Origin: Candidatus Aminicenantes bacterium
GTDB taxonomy: Bacteria; Acidobacteriota; Aminicenantia; Aminicenantales; JAFGBC01
DNA length: 64,000 bases
Assembly: GCA_963702005.1 (NCBI GenBank)
Contig: OY969696.1
Span: 672,001-736,000, forward strand
Direction of reading: 5' to 3'
Part shown: one piece after another, positions 17,003 to 26,471 of the stretch
Layout: each line of letters starts with the position of its first letter
Numbering within the stretch: the first letter of the stretch is position 1
Translations under genes and position numbers: made by a program
Notes under the pieces: generated by a model
What the model saw: only the letters and a program-made list of their open reading frames with translations
What the model was told of the DNA's origin: nothing
Database searches by the model: none

Positions 17003-18463
17003 CTACTTGAGCTCGGCCCCGGTCAGGGGATCGCGCAGGTTGAGCCGGTGAACCTTGCCCAGCTTGTCGAGCGGCCCGGGCCACTTGTCGCCGCCCGCGT
17101 TGCAGGGCTCCCAGTCCCCGACGATCATGATCGCCGCCCGATCCGGGTGGATGTACTTTTGGGCGACCGCCTGGACTTGGGCCTTGCTGACCGCTTTGAC
17201 CTTATCCCGGTAGGTCTTGAAATAGTCCCTGGGCTTGCCGGTCATCTCCAGATTGGCGAAGCTGGCCATGGTCGCCTGGGCGGATTGGAAGTTGTCGGCG
17301 AAGCTCTCCAGATAGTAGTTGACGGCCGTCTCCATCTCGGCGTCGCTCACGGGCGCCGTCCGGATGCGGTTGAGCTCGTTGAGGATGAGGGAGATCGCGT
17401 AGCCGACCGTGGATGACTTGGTCTGGACGTAGCCGGAAAACGTCCCCGGGAAACCCCAGCGGTAGGCGAAGCGGCTGCCCTGGTTGTAGGAGAGGCCCTC
17501 ATCGGAACGGACCTTGGTCGTGATCCGGGAGGTGAAGCTCCCGCCGCCCAGGATGAAGTTCATGACCTGGACCGCGAAATAGTCGGGGTTGGTGTCCTCG
17601 ATGCCCAGGTGGCCGAGGCTGATGTAGCCCTGGTTGATCTGCTTCTGGATGAAGTAAACGCCCGGCTCGGTCTGGGGGAAGGATTTGGCGAAGGCCGGGA
17701 TCTGAAGGCCGCGGTTGTTCCAGGCGCCGGCCAGGAGGTTGATCTTGGCCTTGAGATCGGCCTTGGCGAAGTCGCCCGACACGGCCAGGATGATGTTCTT
17801 GGGGAAGAAATATTTGGAATGGAAGGCCTTCAAATCCGCGGGTGTCATCCCGTCGTAGGTCGCTTTGCTCGGCTGCCAGGTCAAGGGGTGATCGCCGTAG
17901 AGGAGCGCCTCGTATTCGCGGCTCAGGATCTGGGCGGGCTGGTCGTTGGCCTGGCGGAGCTGATCGATCAACCGGGCTTTGGCCAGCTTGACCGCGTCCT
18001 CGCGGAACTCGGGGTTGCGCAGGACGTCGAAGAAGATGGCCAGCCCCTCGTCCAGATCCTTGCTCAGGACGGACATGGCCAGCTGGGAGGTCCGCTCCCC
18101 GGTCATGAAGGCGAGCGTCGCGCCCAGGAAATCGACCCGGTCTTCGATCGCCGAGCCGTCGCGGGTCTTGGTCCCGCCCTTGATGAGCGTCTGGCCCATC
18201 AAGCCGGCCAGGCCGGTCTTGTCCTTGGGAGCGTAGATCTCGCCGAAGTTGACGAGGGCCGTAATGCTGACCAGGGGGAGGCCGCGGTCTTCCTGGATGT
18301 AAGCCCGCAGGCCGCCGGCGAGCTCGGTCCGGAAGGCCTTGGGATCGGGCGGATCGTACTTGAGGCCCGGGTACTTGAGGTCGGACGGCTTCGTCGCTTG
18401 CGCCAAACCCAGGGCCGCGAAGAGAACCGCGATGGCCAGAATCGTTGTCAGCGTCTTTTTCAT
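17003..18463 (-). CDS. M16B peptidase, non-catalytic subunit
   Basis: Pitrilysin fold, RSDEGLSY (R/Y pair), no HXXEH, signal peptide. Confidence 0.9.
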   Translation of the reverse strand: MKKTLTTILAIAVLFAALGLAQATKPSDLKYPGLKYDPPDPKAFRTELAGGLRAYIQEDRGLPLVSITALVNFGEIYAPKDKTGLAGLMGQTLIKGGTKTRDGSAIEDRVDFLGATLAFMTGERTSQLAMSVLSKDLDEGLAIFFDVLRNPEFREDAVKLAKARLIDQLRQANDQPAQILSREYEALLYGDHPLTWQPSKATYDGMTPADLKAFHSKYFFPKNIILAVSGDFAKADLKAKINLLAGAWNNRGLQIPAFAKSFPQTEPGVYFIQKQINQGYISLGHLGIEDTNPDYFAVQVMNFILGGGSFTSRITTKVRSDEGLSYNQGSRFAYRWGFPGTFSGYVQTKSSTVGYAISLILNELNRIRTAPVSDAEMETAVNYYLESFADNFQSAQATMASFANLEMTGKPRDYFKTYRDKVKAVSKAQVQAVAQKYIHPDRAAIMIVGDWEPCNAGGDKWPGPLDKLGKVHRLNLRDPLTGAELK

Positions 18464-18474
18464 GGTCGTCCTCC

Positions 18475-19992
18475 TTACCGCCCCATCTTCCTGCGATAGA
18501 CGGCCGTCAGGCTGTTGTCCTTGACGAAATACGCGGCGGCGACGCGCTTGATGTCGTCATTAGTGACCTTCTTGAGGGCGTCGAGGTCGTCCAGGACCGA
18601 TCGCCAGCCCCGGTTGAGCTCGGCCCGCCCGATCCGGGAGGCCAATCCCATCGTGCTCTGGAGGCTGCGCAGGAAGTTGGCTTCGCCCCGGTTCTTGGCC
18701 TTCTGGATCTCCTCGTCGGTCGCGCCCTCCTTTTTGATCTTCTCAATCTCCGCCCAGATCTCGCGCTCCAAGTCCTCGGGCTGGACGTTCTTGTCGATGC
18801 GCGGCATGGCGCTGAACTGGAAAGCGCCGACGTACCATTGGGAGCGGCTCGAGGCGGAAGCGCTGACGGCCAGCTCCTTGTCCCGGACCAGGAGCTTGTA
18901 GAGCCGGCCCGTCCCGCCCCCGAAGCCGCCGCCGAAGCGGAATCCGCCGCCGCCCGTGCCCAGCACGTCGGCCAGGAGCGCCAGCGGCGCCGCGTCGGGC
19001 TGTCCTTCCTGCGGGATGTGGAACATGATCTGGAGGCTGGTCGGAGCCGGGCCTTCGCCGACCATCCGCTTCTCGCTGTACTGGGCCGGTTCATAAGTCC
19101 GGACCGGCTCGACGTCGGGCCCCTTGGGGATGCGGCCGAAGTACTGTTCGGCCAGGGCGATGATGTGGGCCGGGTCGAAGTCGCCCACGTAAATGGCCAC
19201 GGCGTTGTTGGGGATGTAGGAGGCGTTGTGGAATTCGATCAGATCCCGTTTGGTCATCTTGCGCAGGTCGTCCATCCAGCCGACGACGTCCCAGTGGTAG
19301 GGCGAGGCGGCGTAGAAGGCGGCGTTGACCTGCTCGTTGAAGAGATACCCCGGCCGGTTTTCGCTCAACCGGCGCTCCTCCATGACGACGTCCTTTTCAG
19401 AATAGAACTCGCGGAAGTAGGCGTTGGCCATCCGGTCCGACTCGAGCAGCATCTGGAGCTCGACCTTGTTCGAGGGCAGGGTCACGTAATAGCCCGTGTT
19501 CTCGTTCCCGGTCGAGGCGTTGAGGCCGGTCCCGCCGTTCTTCATATAGTAAGTCCACAGATCGTCCTTGATGATGTACGCCTTCTCGGCCTTGACAAGC
19601 TCGTCGACCTCCGCCTGCCAGCGGGCGACCTGGGCCTTGTCGCCGCCGTCGGCATTCCAGTACTTTTCCCGGTAGATCTTGTCCATGAGGTCGTCGATCC
19701 GGCGGTCGATCTCGGAGTCTTTGGCGAAATCGGTGACGCCCATGATCCGCGTCCCTTTGAACATCATGTGCTCGTGGACGTGGGCGATCCCGGTGATGCC
19801 GGGCCGCTCGTTGATCGAGCCGACCTTGTAGTAAACGTGACAGACGACGCGGGGCACGCCCGGCCGGGGGATCATCAGGATCTTCATCCCGTTCCCGAGG
19901 ACGTGCTCCTTGACGTCGAGCGTCAGGGAACCGGCCGCGGCCGCTCCCGCCAGCGCCAAGAGAGCCAAGGCGACCATCCAGGTCCGTCTCAT
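18475..19992 (-). CDS. M16B zinc peptidase, catalytic subunit
   Basis: GIAHVHEHMMFKG (HXXEH), NAST, EERR. Confidence 0.93.
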   Translation of the reverse strand: MRRTWMVALALLALAGAAAAGSLTLDVKEHVLGNGMKILMIPRPGVPRVVCHVYYKVGSINERPGITGIAHVHEHMMFKGTRIMGVTDFAKDSEIDRRIDDLMDKIYREKYWNADGGDKAQVARWQAEVDELVKAEKAYIIKDDLWTYYMKNGGTGLNASTGNENTGYYVTLPSNKVELQMLLESDRMANAYFREFYSEKDVVMEERRLSENRPGYLFNEQVNAAFYAASPYHWDVVGWMDDLRKMTKRDLIEFHNASYIPNNAVAIYVGDFDPAHIIALAEQYFGRIPKGPDVEPVRTYEPAQYSEKRMVGEGPAPTSLQIMFHIPQEGQPDAAPLALLADVLGTGGGGFRFGGGFGGGTGRLYKLLVRDKELAVSASASSRSQWYVGAFQFSAMPRIDKNVQPEDLEREIWAEIEKIKKEGATDEEIQKAKNRGEANFLRSLQSTMGLASRIGRAELNRGWRSVLDDLDALKKVTNDDIKRVAAAYFVKDNSLTAVYRRKMGR

Positions 19993-20084
19993 GGTTGTGA
20001 GCCTCCTGTCCGAAGATCGAAAGAAACTACGATAGCACTAGGCCCCGGAGAGGTCAAACGGTTGATATAACTTGGTCATGTTTT

Positions 20085-20209
20085 GGGCCGTCGTCGAGGC
20101 CGTCTGAAAGCCCCCGTAGCGGAGGGGGACCCGGCGCTTTTGCCGCCGGGGGAACCGACGGGACTGGTTCCCGGGGGTCGGGGGCTAAGGACGGCTTCGG
20201 CGACGGCCC
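20085..20209 (+). other. Structured intergenic element (candidate ncRNA or palindromic repeat)
   Basis: 20-bp closing stem with two G-U pairs, 8-bp inner stem and two internal hairpins. Confidence 0.45.
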
Positions 20210-20224
20210 TTATTGTCGGTTGAT

Positions 20225-22168
20225 TCAGAACGAGACACGGACGCCCGCGGTCAGGGACCGGCCCGGCGCGCCGTAGCCGAAGACGGTCTGATAAGTCTCG
20301 TCGAGGAGATTCTCGACGGCCAGGTGGACTTCGAAGCCGGGACTGAGGTCGAAGGCGACCAGGGCGCCCAGGAGCGTGTAGCCGGAAAGGGACACGGGAA
20401 CCGCGGTCCAGGATGTGGCGTCGATGTCCCGCCTCGGGCCGACATGTTCGAACGCGATCCGGAAAGAGGTGGCCGCGAACAGGCGCCCCTCGGCGGAAGC
20501 CGTGAATTTGTCCTTGGGCCGGCGGAGGAGCGGAATCCCTCCGCTGAGGTCGCGGGCGTTCTGATGGGTCCAGGCGGTCCGGAAGGTCAAGTCCGCCGTG
20601 GGCCGGCCGACGGCGGCGAATTCGACGCCGCGCGAGCGGGCCCGTCCGATATTGATGTAGCCGCTCAGGAAATCGAAGGAGATGAGGTCGGAGAACGAGT
20701 TTGAGAAGTAGGTTGCCTCGACCTCGAACCGGCCGGCCCCGAATATCTGAACGATTCCGCAATCCCAGCCTTGGCTCCTTTCGGGCTTGAGGGCCGTATT
20801 CCCGATCGGCCCCCAGGCCGTGGGCGGGGCGTAAAGCTGGTAAAGGGAAGGCGATTTGAATCCCGTACCGAAAGACGCCTTAAGCCGCGTCCCCCAGCTC
20901 GAGATGAGAATTGATGGGGCGACCCGGACGGTCAGGGCCGATCCCGACCGGCTGTGGCGGTCCCAGCGGAGGCCGGCCGAAGCGAAGAAGCGGCCCGCCA
21001 AGCTGACCTGGTCCAGGGCATAGAGCCCGACGGTCGTCGCCTTCGTCCTGGGGAAATCGCTCCGGTAGGGTCCCCAGATCCCCTCGGATTCGTAGGACGA
21101 TTCGGCCGTTTCCTCCTCGAGCTCGGCGCCGAAAGTCAGGGTGTCGGCGGGATGGAGGTACAGGAGGTTTTGCCAGTCGAGCTTGAGAAGACGGCCCTGG
21201 AAGCGGCCCGCCTCGGAATCCCAGGGATGCTCGGGATCGACCTGATTTGTGTTCCGGCGGTCCGACTCGACCAGGGCGACGCCCCATCTCTGTTCCCAGC
21301 GGTCGAGGACGAGCGTCCGGAAGCGGCCGTGAACGAACAGCGAGCGGTAGTTCTGGACGCTGTTGGGGTCGTCCCCGTAGGGGCCGCCGAAGTTGTCGAG
21401 CTCGCTGCGGGCCGAAACGGTCCGGAAGGAAAAATCGAGGTCGGACCGGCCGGAGAGGGCAAGCCCGGCCCGCCCCGAAACGGAATAATTCCGGTAGCCG
21501 TCCCGCTCGCCGTTTCCGGGGAGGCGCGCGTCGGCGGCTGAAATCCCTCTCGTCCCAAACGAAGACGCGGCAAGGGAGAAGTCCAGGGCACGGGCCGAGC
21601 CCGAGACTCCGAATGTTGAAGCCAGGGTTCGGAATGAGCCGGCCTGGGCGGACAGAAACGCCTTGGGCTTGCCCTGACCCTTCCGGGTCACGATGTTGAC
21701 GATCCCCCCGATCGCGTCCGAGCCGTAGAGAGTGCCCTGGGGGCCGCGCAGGACCTCGATCTGCTCCACGTTCGCCGTCGAGAGATGGGCCAGGTCGAAG
21801 GATCGTGATGGAGTCACCGGGTCGTTGAGCTCGACGCCGTCGAGAAGGACGAGGGTGTGCTCGGAATTCGCTCCGCGCAGGAACAGGGAAGCGGCCCCTC
21901 CCCGGCCGCCGTTCTGGATGGAGGCGGTTCCCAGGACTTCTTCCAGGACTTCGAGCACCGTCGTCTTTTTCATCCGGGCCAGGTCGTCCGCCGTGATGAC
22001 GGTGACGGCGCCGGCCAGCTCCTTGAGCGGCGTCTCGATCCGGCCGGCCTGGACGATGATTTCATGCCGTTGGACGGGGATGACGGTCTTTTCGGCTTGG
22101 CCGCCGGTCCCGGGCGGAAGGGCGGTCTGAAGCAGAACGAGCAGGCAGAATCCGATGGATGGAAACAT
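20225..22168 (-). CDS. btuB: TonB-dependent cobalamin receptor
   Basis: Plug motifs LRGANSEHTLVLLDG and IEVLRGPQGTLYGSDAIGG, C-terminal Phe, upstream B12 riboswitch. Confidence 0.9.
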   Translation of the reverse strand: MFPSIGFCLLVLLQTALPPGTGGQAEKTVIPVQRHEIIVQAGRIETPLKELAGAVTVITADDLARMKKTTVLEVLEEVLGTASIQNGGRGGAASLFLRGANSEHTLVLLDGVELNDPVTPSRSFDLAHLSTANVEQIEVLRGPQGTLYGSDAIGGIVNIVTRKGQGKPKAFLSAQAGSFRTLASTFGVSGSARALDFSLAASSFGTRGISAADARLPGNGERDGYRNYSVSGRAGLALSGRSDLDFSFRTVSARSELDNFGGPYGDDPNSVQNYRSLFVHGRFRTLVLDRWEQRWGVALVESDRRNTNQVDPEHPWDSEAGRFQGRLLKLDWQNLLYLHPADTLTFGAELEEETAESSYESEGIWGPYRSDFPRTKATTVGLYALDQVSLAGRFFASAGLRWDRHSRSGSALTVRVAPSILISSWGTRLKASFGTGFKSPSLYQLYAPPTAWGPIGNTALKPERSQGWDCGIVQIFGAGRFEVEATYFSNSFSDLISFDFLSGYINIGRARSRGVEFAAVGRPTADLTFRTAWTHQNARDLSGGIPLLRRPKDKFTASAEGRLFAATSFRIAFEHVGPRRDIDATSWTAVPVSLSGYTLLGALVAFDLSPGFEVHLAVENLLDETYQTVFGYGAPGRSLTAGVRVSF

Positions 22169-22240
22169 CGACTTTTTCTCCTCGGCCCCCGCTCAAAAAA
22201 AATACGTCCTGTCTTCCTCCCGAAGACGGGTGCGCGAGGC

Positions 22241-22392
22241 TTAAGGGAGGTCTCCTGACTCCCGGATCATTCTCCTCCCAGGCCTTCCTCGCCCCTTGGC
22301 GAGTGGCATCCTCTGGGATTCGTCCCCGGTTACAGTAGCGGGGGCTGTGTCCGCATCTCACGGACTTCCCTCGCCGTTAAACCCGTCCTTAA
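22241..22392 (-). promoter_or_regulatory. Cobalamin riboswitch
   Basis: Minus strand AGGGAA, GCCCCCGCTACTGTAA, GCCACT..GGAAGG, B12 box GAGTCAGGAGACCT; own promoter TTGACA-16-TATCTT just upstream. Confidence 0.95.
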
Positions 22393-22419
22393 GATAGCAC
22401 GACCCGGGCCGATGTCAAG

Positions 22420-22519
22420 TAGATTTGGGGTCAATAGATTTGGGGTCAAACCTACACTTTATCACTTAGTGCAAAATTCAAATTTGCCCTTTTTGCCAAA
22501 GTGTAGGTTTGACCCCAAA
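22420..22519. mobile_element. Non-autonomous inverted-repeat element (REPIN/STIR doublet) of the RAYT family at 41697-42786
   Basis: TTTGGGGTCAAACCTACACTTT...AAAGTGTAGGTTTGACCCCAAA, core identical to the RAYT flanks; 15-bp tandem duplication at 22420-22449. Confidence 0.85.
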
Positions 22520-22757
22520 GAGAAATAGGCCGCCCGTCTTTCGCGAGAAAGACAAAGCAGCCTATTCGAGGGAATGGATGAGTAGATAAGCGGGATGTAT
22601 TGAGAAACTCCCGGCAAAGAGGAGGGGAAAAAAGGAGGTTTGGCCTTTGTTTCTCATTCCATGAATATATACGCCGACCCTGCCGGAAAAGTTGCAGGGG
22701 AATAGAAAATTCGACGCTTGAATCTTTTAGGCTTTCTCTCCCCGCCCTTGCTAACTT
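22517..22757 (-). ncRNA. Candidate orphan small RNA (~240 nt)
   Basis: Promoter TTGCAT-16-TGgTATAAT at 22789-22762, G-U-containing stems, terminator-like hairpin at 22567-22517, no credible ORF. Confidence 0.5.
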
Positions 22758-23000
22758 TAATATTATACCACAACTTGATCCTAATGCAAAGGTTTTTTTG
22801 CTAAAATCGAAAAAATATTTCCCCGGGACCTTAGGGAACGGCTTTGGATGGTTTCTTGACGTCTGGAAGCCGGTTTTAGGGCCGAAACTGCCGGAATCGA
22901 GGGGTTTAAGCCCGCGTTTTTGACGAAAGCGGCCTCTATCCCTTAAAATAGGGTGCGGAATGAAGCCAAATGACCCTGAATCTCGGTGGGGGAGGACACC

Positions 23001-24407
23001 ATGAATAAAGCGGAATTCCGGCGCTACGGACATCAGTTTGTGGACTGGGTTGCCGATTATATGGAGGACGCCCGCGGCCGCCGGATCGTTCCGGACCTCA
23101 AGCCGGGGGAGATCCGATCCGCTCTGCCTCCCAATCCGCCCCTTAAACCCGAGTCGATGGATGACCTATTCAAGGACTTCAAAGAAATGATCCTGCCCGG
23201 GATGACCCATTGGCAGCATCCAGGCTGGTACGCCTATTTTCCGGCCAACAACAGTCCCGAGTCCGTCTTGGGCGAGATCCTGACGGCCGGATTGGGCGCC
23301 CAATGCATGAGCTGGCAGACCTCGCCCGCCGCGACCGAGCTCGAGGACCTGGTCATGGACTGGTTGAGACAGATGCTCGGGCTGCCGGCCGGGATGAGCG
23401 GCGTCATCCAGGACACGGCCTCGACGGCGACGCTCTGCGCCCTCCTTTCCGCCCGGGAGCGGGCGACCGATTACGAGTCGAACGACTACGGGCTGCGCCG
23501 GCCCTTGACCGTCTACGTGTCGAGCGAGACCCACTCGAGCATCGAGAAAGGCGTCAAGATCGCCGGCTACGGACGGGAGTATCTCCGGCGCATCGAGACC
23601 GACGGGGCCTACGCCATGATTCCGGAGAAGCTCGAAGCGGCCGTCCGCGGGGACAAGGAGCGGGGATTCCAGCCGGGCTGTGTTGTCGCGACGCTCGGGA
23701 CGACGTCGTCGACGGCCGTCGACCCGCTCCGGCCGATCGGGGAAATCGCCGCCCGCCACGGGATGTGGCTCCACGTCGACGCGGCCTACGCCGGTACGGC
23801 GGCCCTCTGTCCCGAAAACCGCGGGATGTTGGACGGGGCCGAATACATGGACTCTTTCGTCTTCAACCCCCACAAGTGGATGCTGACGAACTTCGACTGC
23901 TCGGCTTACTTCGTCAAAGATCCCGGCGCGCTCATCCGGACTTTCGAGATCCACCCCGAGTACCTCAAGACGGGTGTCGACCCCTTCGTCAAGAACTACC
24001 GAGATTGGGGGATCCAGCTCGGCCGGCGCTTCCGGGCCCTCAAGCTCTGGTTCGTCATCCGCTCCTATGGGGTCGAGGGGCTCCAGGCTTTCGTCCGGGA
24101 GCACCAGCGCTTGGCCCGGCTGTTCAAGGACTGGGTCGAGGCGGACCGACGCTTCGAGCTCATGGCGCCGGTGCCCTTCGGGCTCGTCTGCTTCCGCCTC
24201 AACGACGGGAGGAGCGAGGGCGCGCTCAACGACCTCAACAAGAGGTTCCTGGAATGGATCAACGCGGCGGGAGGGCTTTTCATGACCCACACGACCCTCA
24301 ACGGAAAGTACACGCTGCGGCTGGTCATCGGCGCCCGAGCGACGACCGAGGCCGACGTCAGGGCCGCCTGGGAGGTCATCCGTTCCGCGGCGGCCGAAGT
24401 CCTCTAG
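23001..24407 (+). CDS. PLP-dependent aromatic-L-amino-acid decarboxylase (group II)
   Basis: THWQHP, SPAATELE, HVDAAYAG, FNPHKW (PLP Lys), GRRFRALKLW. Confidence 0.93.
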   Translation: MNKAEFRRYGHQFVDWVADYMEDARGRRIVPDLKPGEIRSALPPNPPLKPESMDDLFKDFKEMILPGMTHWQHPGWYAYFPANNSPESVLGEILTAGLGAQCMSWQTSPAATELEDLVMDWLRQMLGLPAGMSGVIQDTASTATLCALLSARERATDYESNDYGLRRPLTVYVSSETHSSIEKGVKIAGYGREYLRRIETDGAYAMIPEKLEAAVRGDKERGFQPGCVVATLGTTSSTAVDPLRPIGEIAARHGMWLHVDAAYAGTAALCPENRGMLDGAEYMDSFVFNPHKWMLTNFDCSAYFVKDPGALIRTFEIHPEYLKTGVDPFVKNYRDWGIQLGRRFRALKLWFVIRSYGVEGLQAFVREHQRLARLFKDWVEADRRFELMAPVPFGLVCFRLNDGRSEGALNDLNKRFLEWINAAGGLFMTHTTLNGKYTLRLVIGARATTEADVRAAWEVIRSAAAEVL

Positions 24408-24421
24408 TCGGCCGATTCCGG

Positions 24422-26446
24422 CTATCGCCTCCCAAGCAAGGGCTGAACGGCATAGCCGAGATTTCCGGCCGGGTCGGCGAAACGGACGTAGTAGCCCCAG
24501 CCGCCCGCGCCCTGGAGGACTTTGATCAGGACCTTGTTCCAGCCCTTGCGGAGCCGGACCTTGACCGTGTCCTGGTCGGGGTAGGCGCCGCGGAGAGCCG
24601 GATTGGAATGGACGAGGGCGTCGTTGATCCAGACGCGGACGCCGTCGTCGCTCCCGAGAAGGAGCGCGGCGTCCCGGTCATCCGGCGATTGGACGTAAGC
24701 GAGCCCGTAGGCGACGGCGTATTCGTTGGGAGTGACGAACTCGGTCAGGGGGACATATCCGGATTCATCGGCCTTGATCCGGCGCCAGCCCACCTTGGCT
24801 CCGTCCTTCCCTTGATAGGTCTTGTCGAGAGCCGTCTCGGTCTCGGGAGGATAGGCGACGGTCAGCGAATCCATGTCGGGGGCGTCGAACGGGCCGATCA
24901 AGTTCCACTCCGTGATGAAGCGGCGCGCCGACGGCGTCAGGCCGAACCCGACGAAAGCCATGTCCATGCCGGCGGATTTGTCCGCCTTGCTCATGACCCT
25001 GAGGCTGATCGTGTTCGTCCCTTCGTCCAGAAGGACGGCCTTGAAACTCAAGCGAAGGAGCTTTTTCTCCGCGGCGAATCCGTCTAAGACGGCTTCTCCG
25101 AGGGGGACTTTTTTGGTGAGAGAGACGACCTCTACGGCTTTGATGATTCCCATCGCCGGGCCCGCCAGGAAATAGAGGTCCGCGTCGTAGCGATCGGCAA
25201 CCGCTACCGGGAAGCTGAGATCGGCCGGCGAGCCCGCCGCCGCCCCTTCCGTCATCAGGACCGGGTAGCGGGATCCGTCCGGGCCGTAATAGGAGGAGAG
25301 CGTTTGGACAAGCTTGGCCGCCGCGAAGCGAACCTTGGATTCCTTATCCTCGAACGCCGATCGGCCCGTCTCTTGGACTTCGTTCCACTTGGGCGCGACG
25401 AAATTTTCTGGGGGCTCGAAGGCGAAGGGCAGCCTTTCTCGGACCGGAGGCAAGGCCGGGAAAGGCCGATGGGGCTCCGTCTGGTACCAAAAAGCGACCG
25501 AAGAGTAATTGTCCGAACCGTTATTGGCATGTCCGTGCTCGATCGTGACCCGGATCGATTTTGTGAACGGAATCGGGTCCGGGATATGGAAGCGGTAGAC
25601 CGTGGCCTTGGACCCGACCTGAAAATCGTCTTCCTGCAGGGGGCAGCCGTAGAAGAGATTCCCGCCCTCTCTCATCCCCCAGGCGTCCGAGAAATAATCC
25701 TCGGAGCCCGTGCCGTGGAGAGAAGGCTTCTCCTCGCCGTCGATGAAGATCATATCGTCGCCCTCGCCCCACCAGCCCATGGCCCGCTGGAGGACGCTCA
25801 ATGCGCAGCCGACGTAATGGCCGCGGCCGACAGCGTCGAGGAGAAGATAGTTCCCGCCGCTCCCGCACGGCGTTTCCTGCCGGTATTGAGCGTGGAAGGT
25901 TGGCGTGTCGGCGGGCGGCGCGGGGAGCACCCGGTAGTCGATGTAGTAATAGAAAGCCGGGATAGCCTCGGAGCCTTCGTTGCTGGCCGTGATCCGGGCC
26001 GACCTCTGAAACGGCATGAACCAGTAGCAGTTCCTGGCCCGGCCTTCCGACGAGCAGGCGATCGGGAGCGAGCTCAAGTTGCGGTTGAGGCCGTGGCCGA
26101 CGCCGAAGAAATCGCCGATCGGGGCCTCGACGGACGGGACCGACTCCCCGTCCCAGAACATACGGAGGACGATCTTCCGGCCGTAAAAGGACTCGGCGGC
26201 GATCGTGACCCAGATGTGGTGGACGGCTCCCGGCCCTTTAAGGTCGGCCAGGACGGCGGTCGCGCCGGGCTCGATGGTCAGGGAGTCCTTATTCCCGCCC
26301 GTCCGGTCGTAGGACGAGACTCGCTTCGAGACGTAATCCTGGGGCCGGCCCAGCTTGTCGAGGAGATCCTGGCCGGAGGATACGGCGGCGAATGAAGTCA
26401 GGGCCAAGCCCGCGATCAGAGAGACAACTTTGCTTTTCGGTTTCAT
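24422..26446 (-). CDS. GH172/DUF2961 glycoside hydrolase with a C-terminal accessory (PA14-like) domain
   Basis: SSYDRTGGN, PIGDFFG, WWGEGDD, GTGSEDYF, YRFH, IEHG; SDDG in the C-terminal domain; signal peptide. Confidence 0.88.
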   Translation of the reverse strand: MKPKSKVVSLIAGLALTSFAAVSSGQDLLDKLGRPQDYVSKRVSSYDRTGGNKDSLTIEPGATAVLADLKGPGAVHHIWVTIAAESFYGRKIVLRMFWDGESVPSVEAPIGDFFGVGHGLNRNLSSLPIACSSEGRARNCYWFMPFQRSARITASNEGSEAIPAFYYYIDYRVLPAPPADTPTFHAQYRQETPCGSGGNYLLLDAVGRGHYVGCALSVLQRAMGWWGEGDDMIFIDGEEKPSLHGTGSEDYFSDAWGMREGGNLFYGCPLQEDDFQVGSKATVYRFHIPDPIPFTKSIRVTIEHGHANNGSDNYSSVAFWYQTEPHRPFPALPPVRERLPFAFEPPENFVAPKWNEVQETGRSAFEDKESKVRFAAAKLVQTLSSYYGPDGSRYPVLMTEGAAAGSPADLSFPVAVADRYDADLYFLAGPAMGIIKAVEVVSLTKKVPLGEAVLDGFAAEKKLLRLSFKAVLLDEGTNTISLRVMSKADKSAGMDMAFVGFGLTPSARRFITEWNLIGPFDAPDMDSLTVAYPPETETALDKTYQGKDGAKVGWRRIKADESGYVPLTEFVTPNEYAVAYGLAYVQSPDDRDAALLLGSDDGVRVWINDALVHSNPALRGAYPDQDTVKVRLRKGWNKVLIKVLQGAGGWGYYVRFADPAGNLGYAVQPLLGRR

Positions 26447-26471
26447 GGCCACCTCCCTCCTGGCCGGGTCC

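Noticed and set aside
20085-20209. 5S rRNA or SRP RNA
   Set aside because: TAGCGGAGGGG resembles 5S, but the CCGAAC loop and remaining helices are missing; the SRP TCAGG..GNRA..AGCAG motif is absent.
22452-23033. ORFs 22452-23033(-) and 22600-22923(+)
   Set aside because: AT-rich with atypical codon use; they run through promoters and repeat elements and show no recognisable domain.
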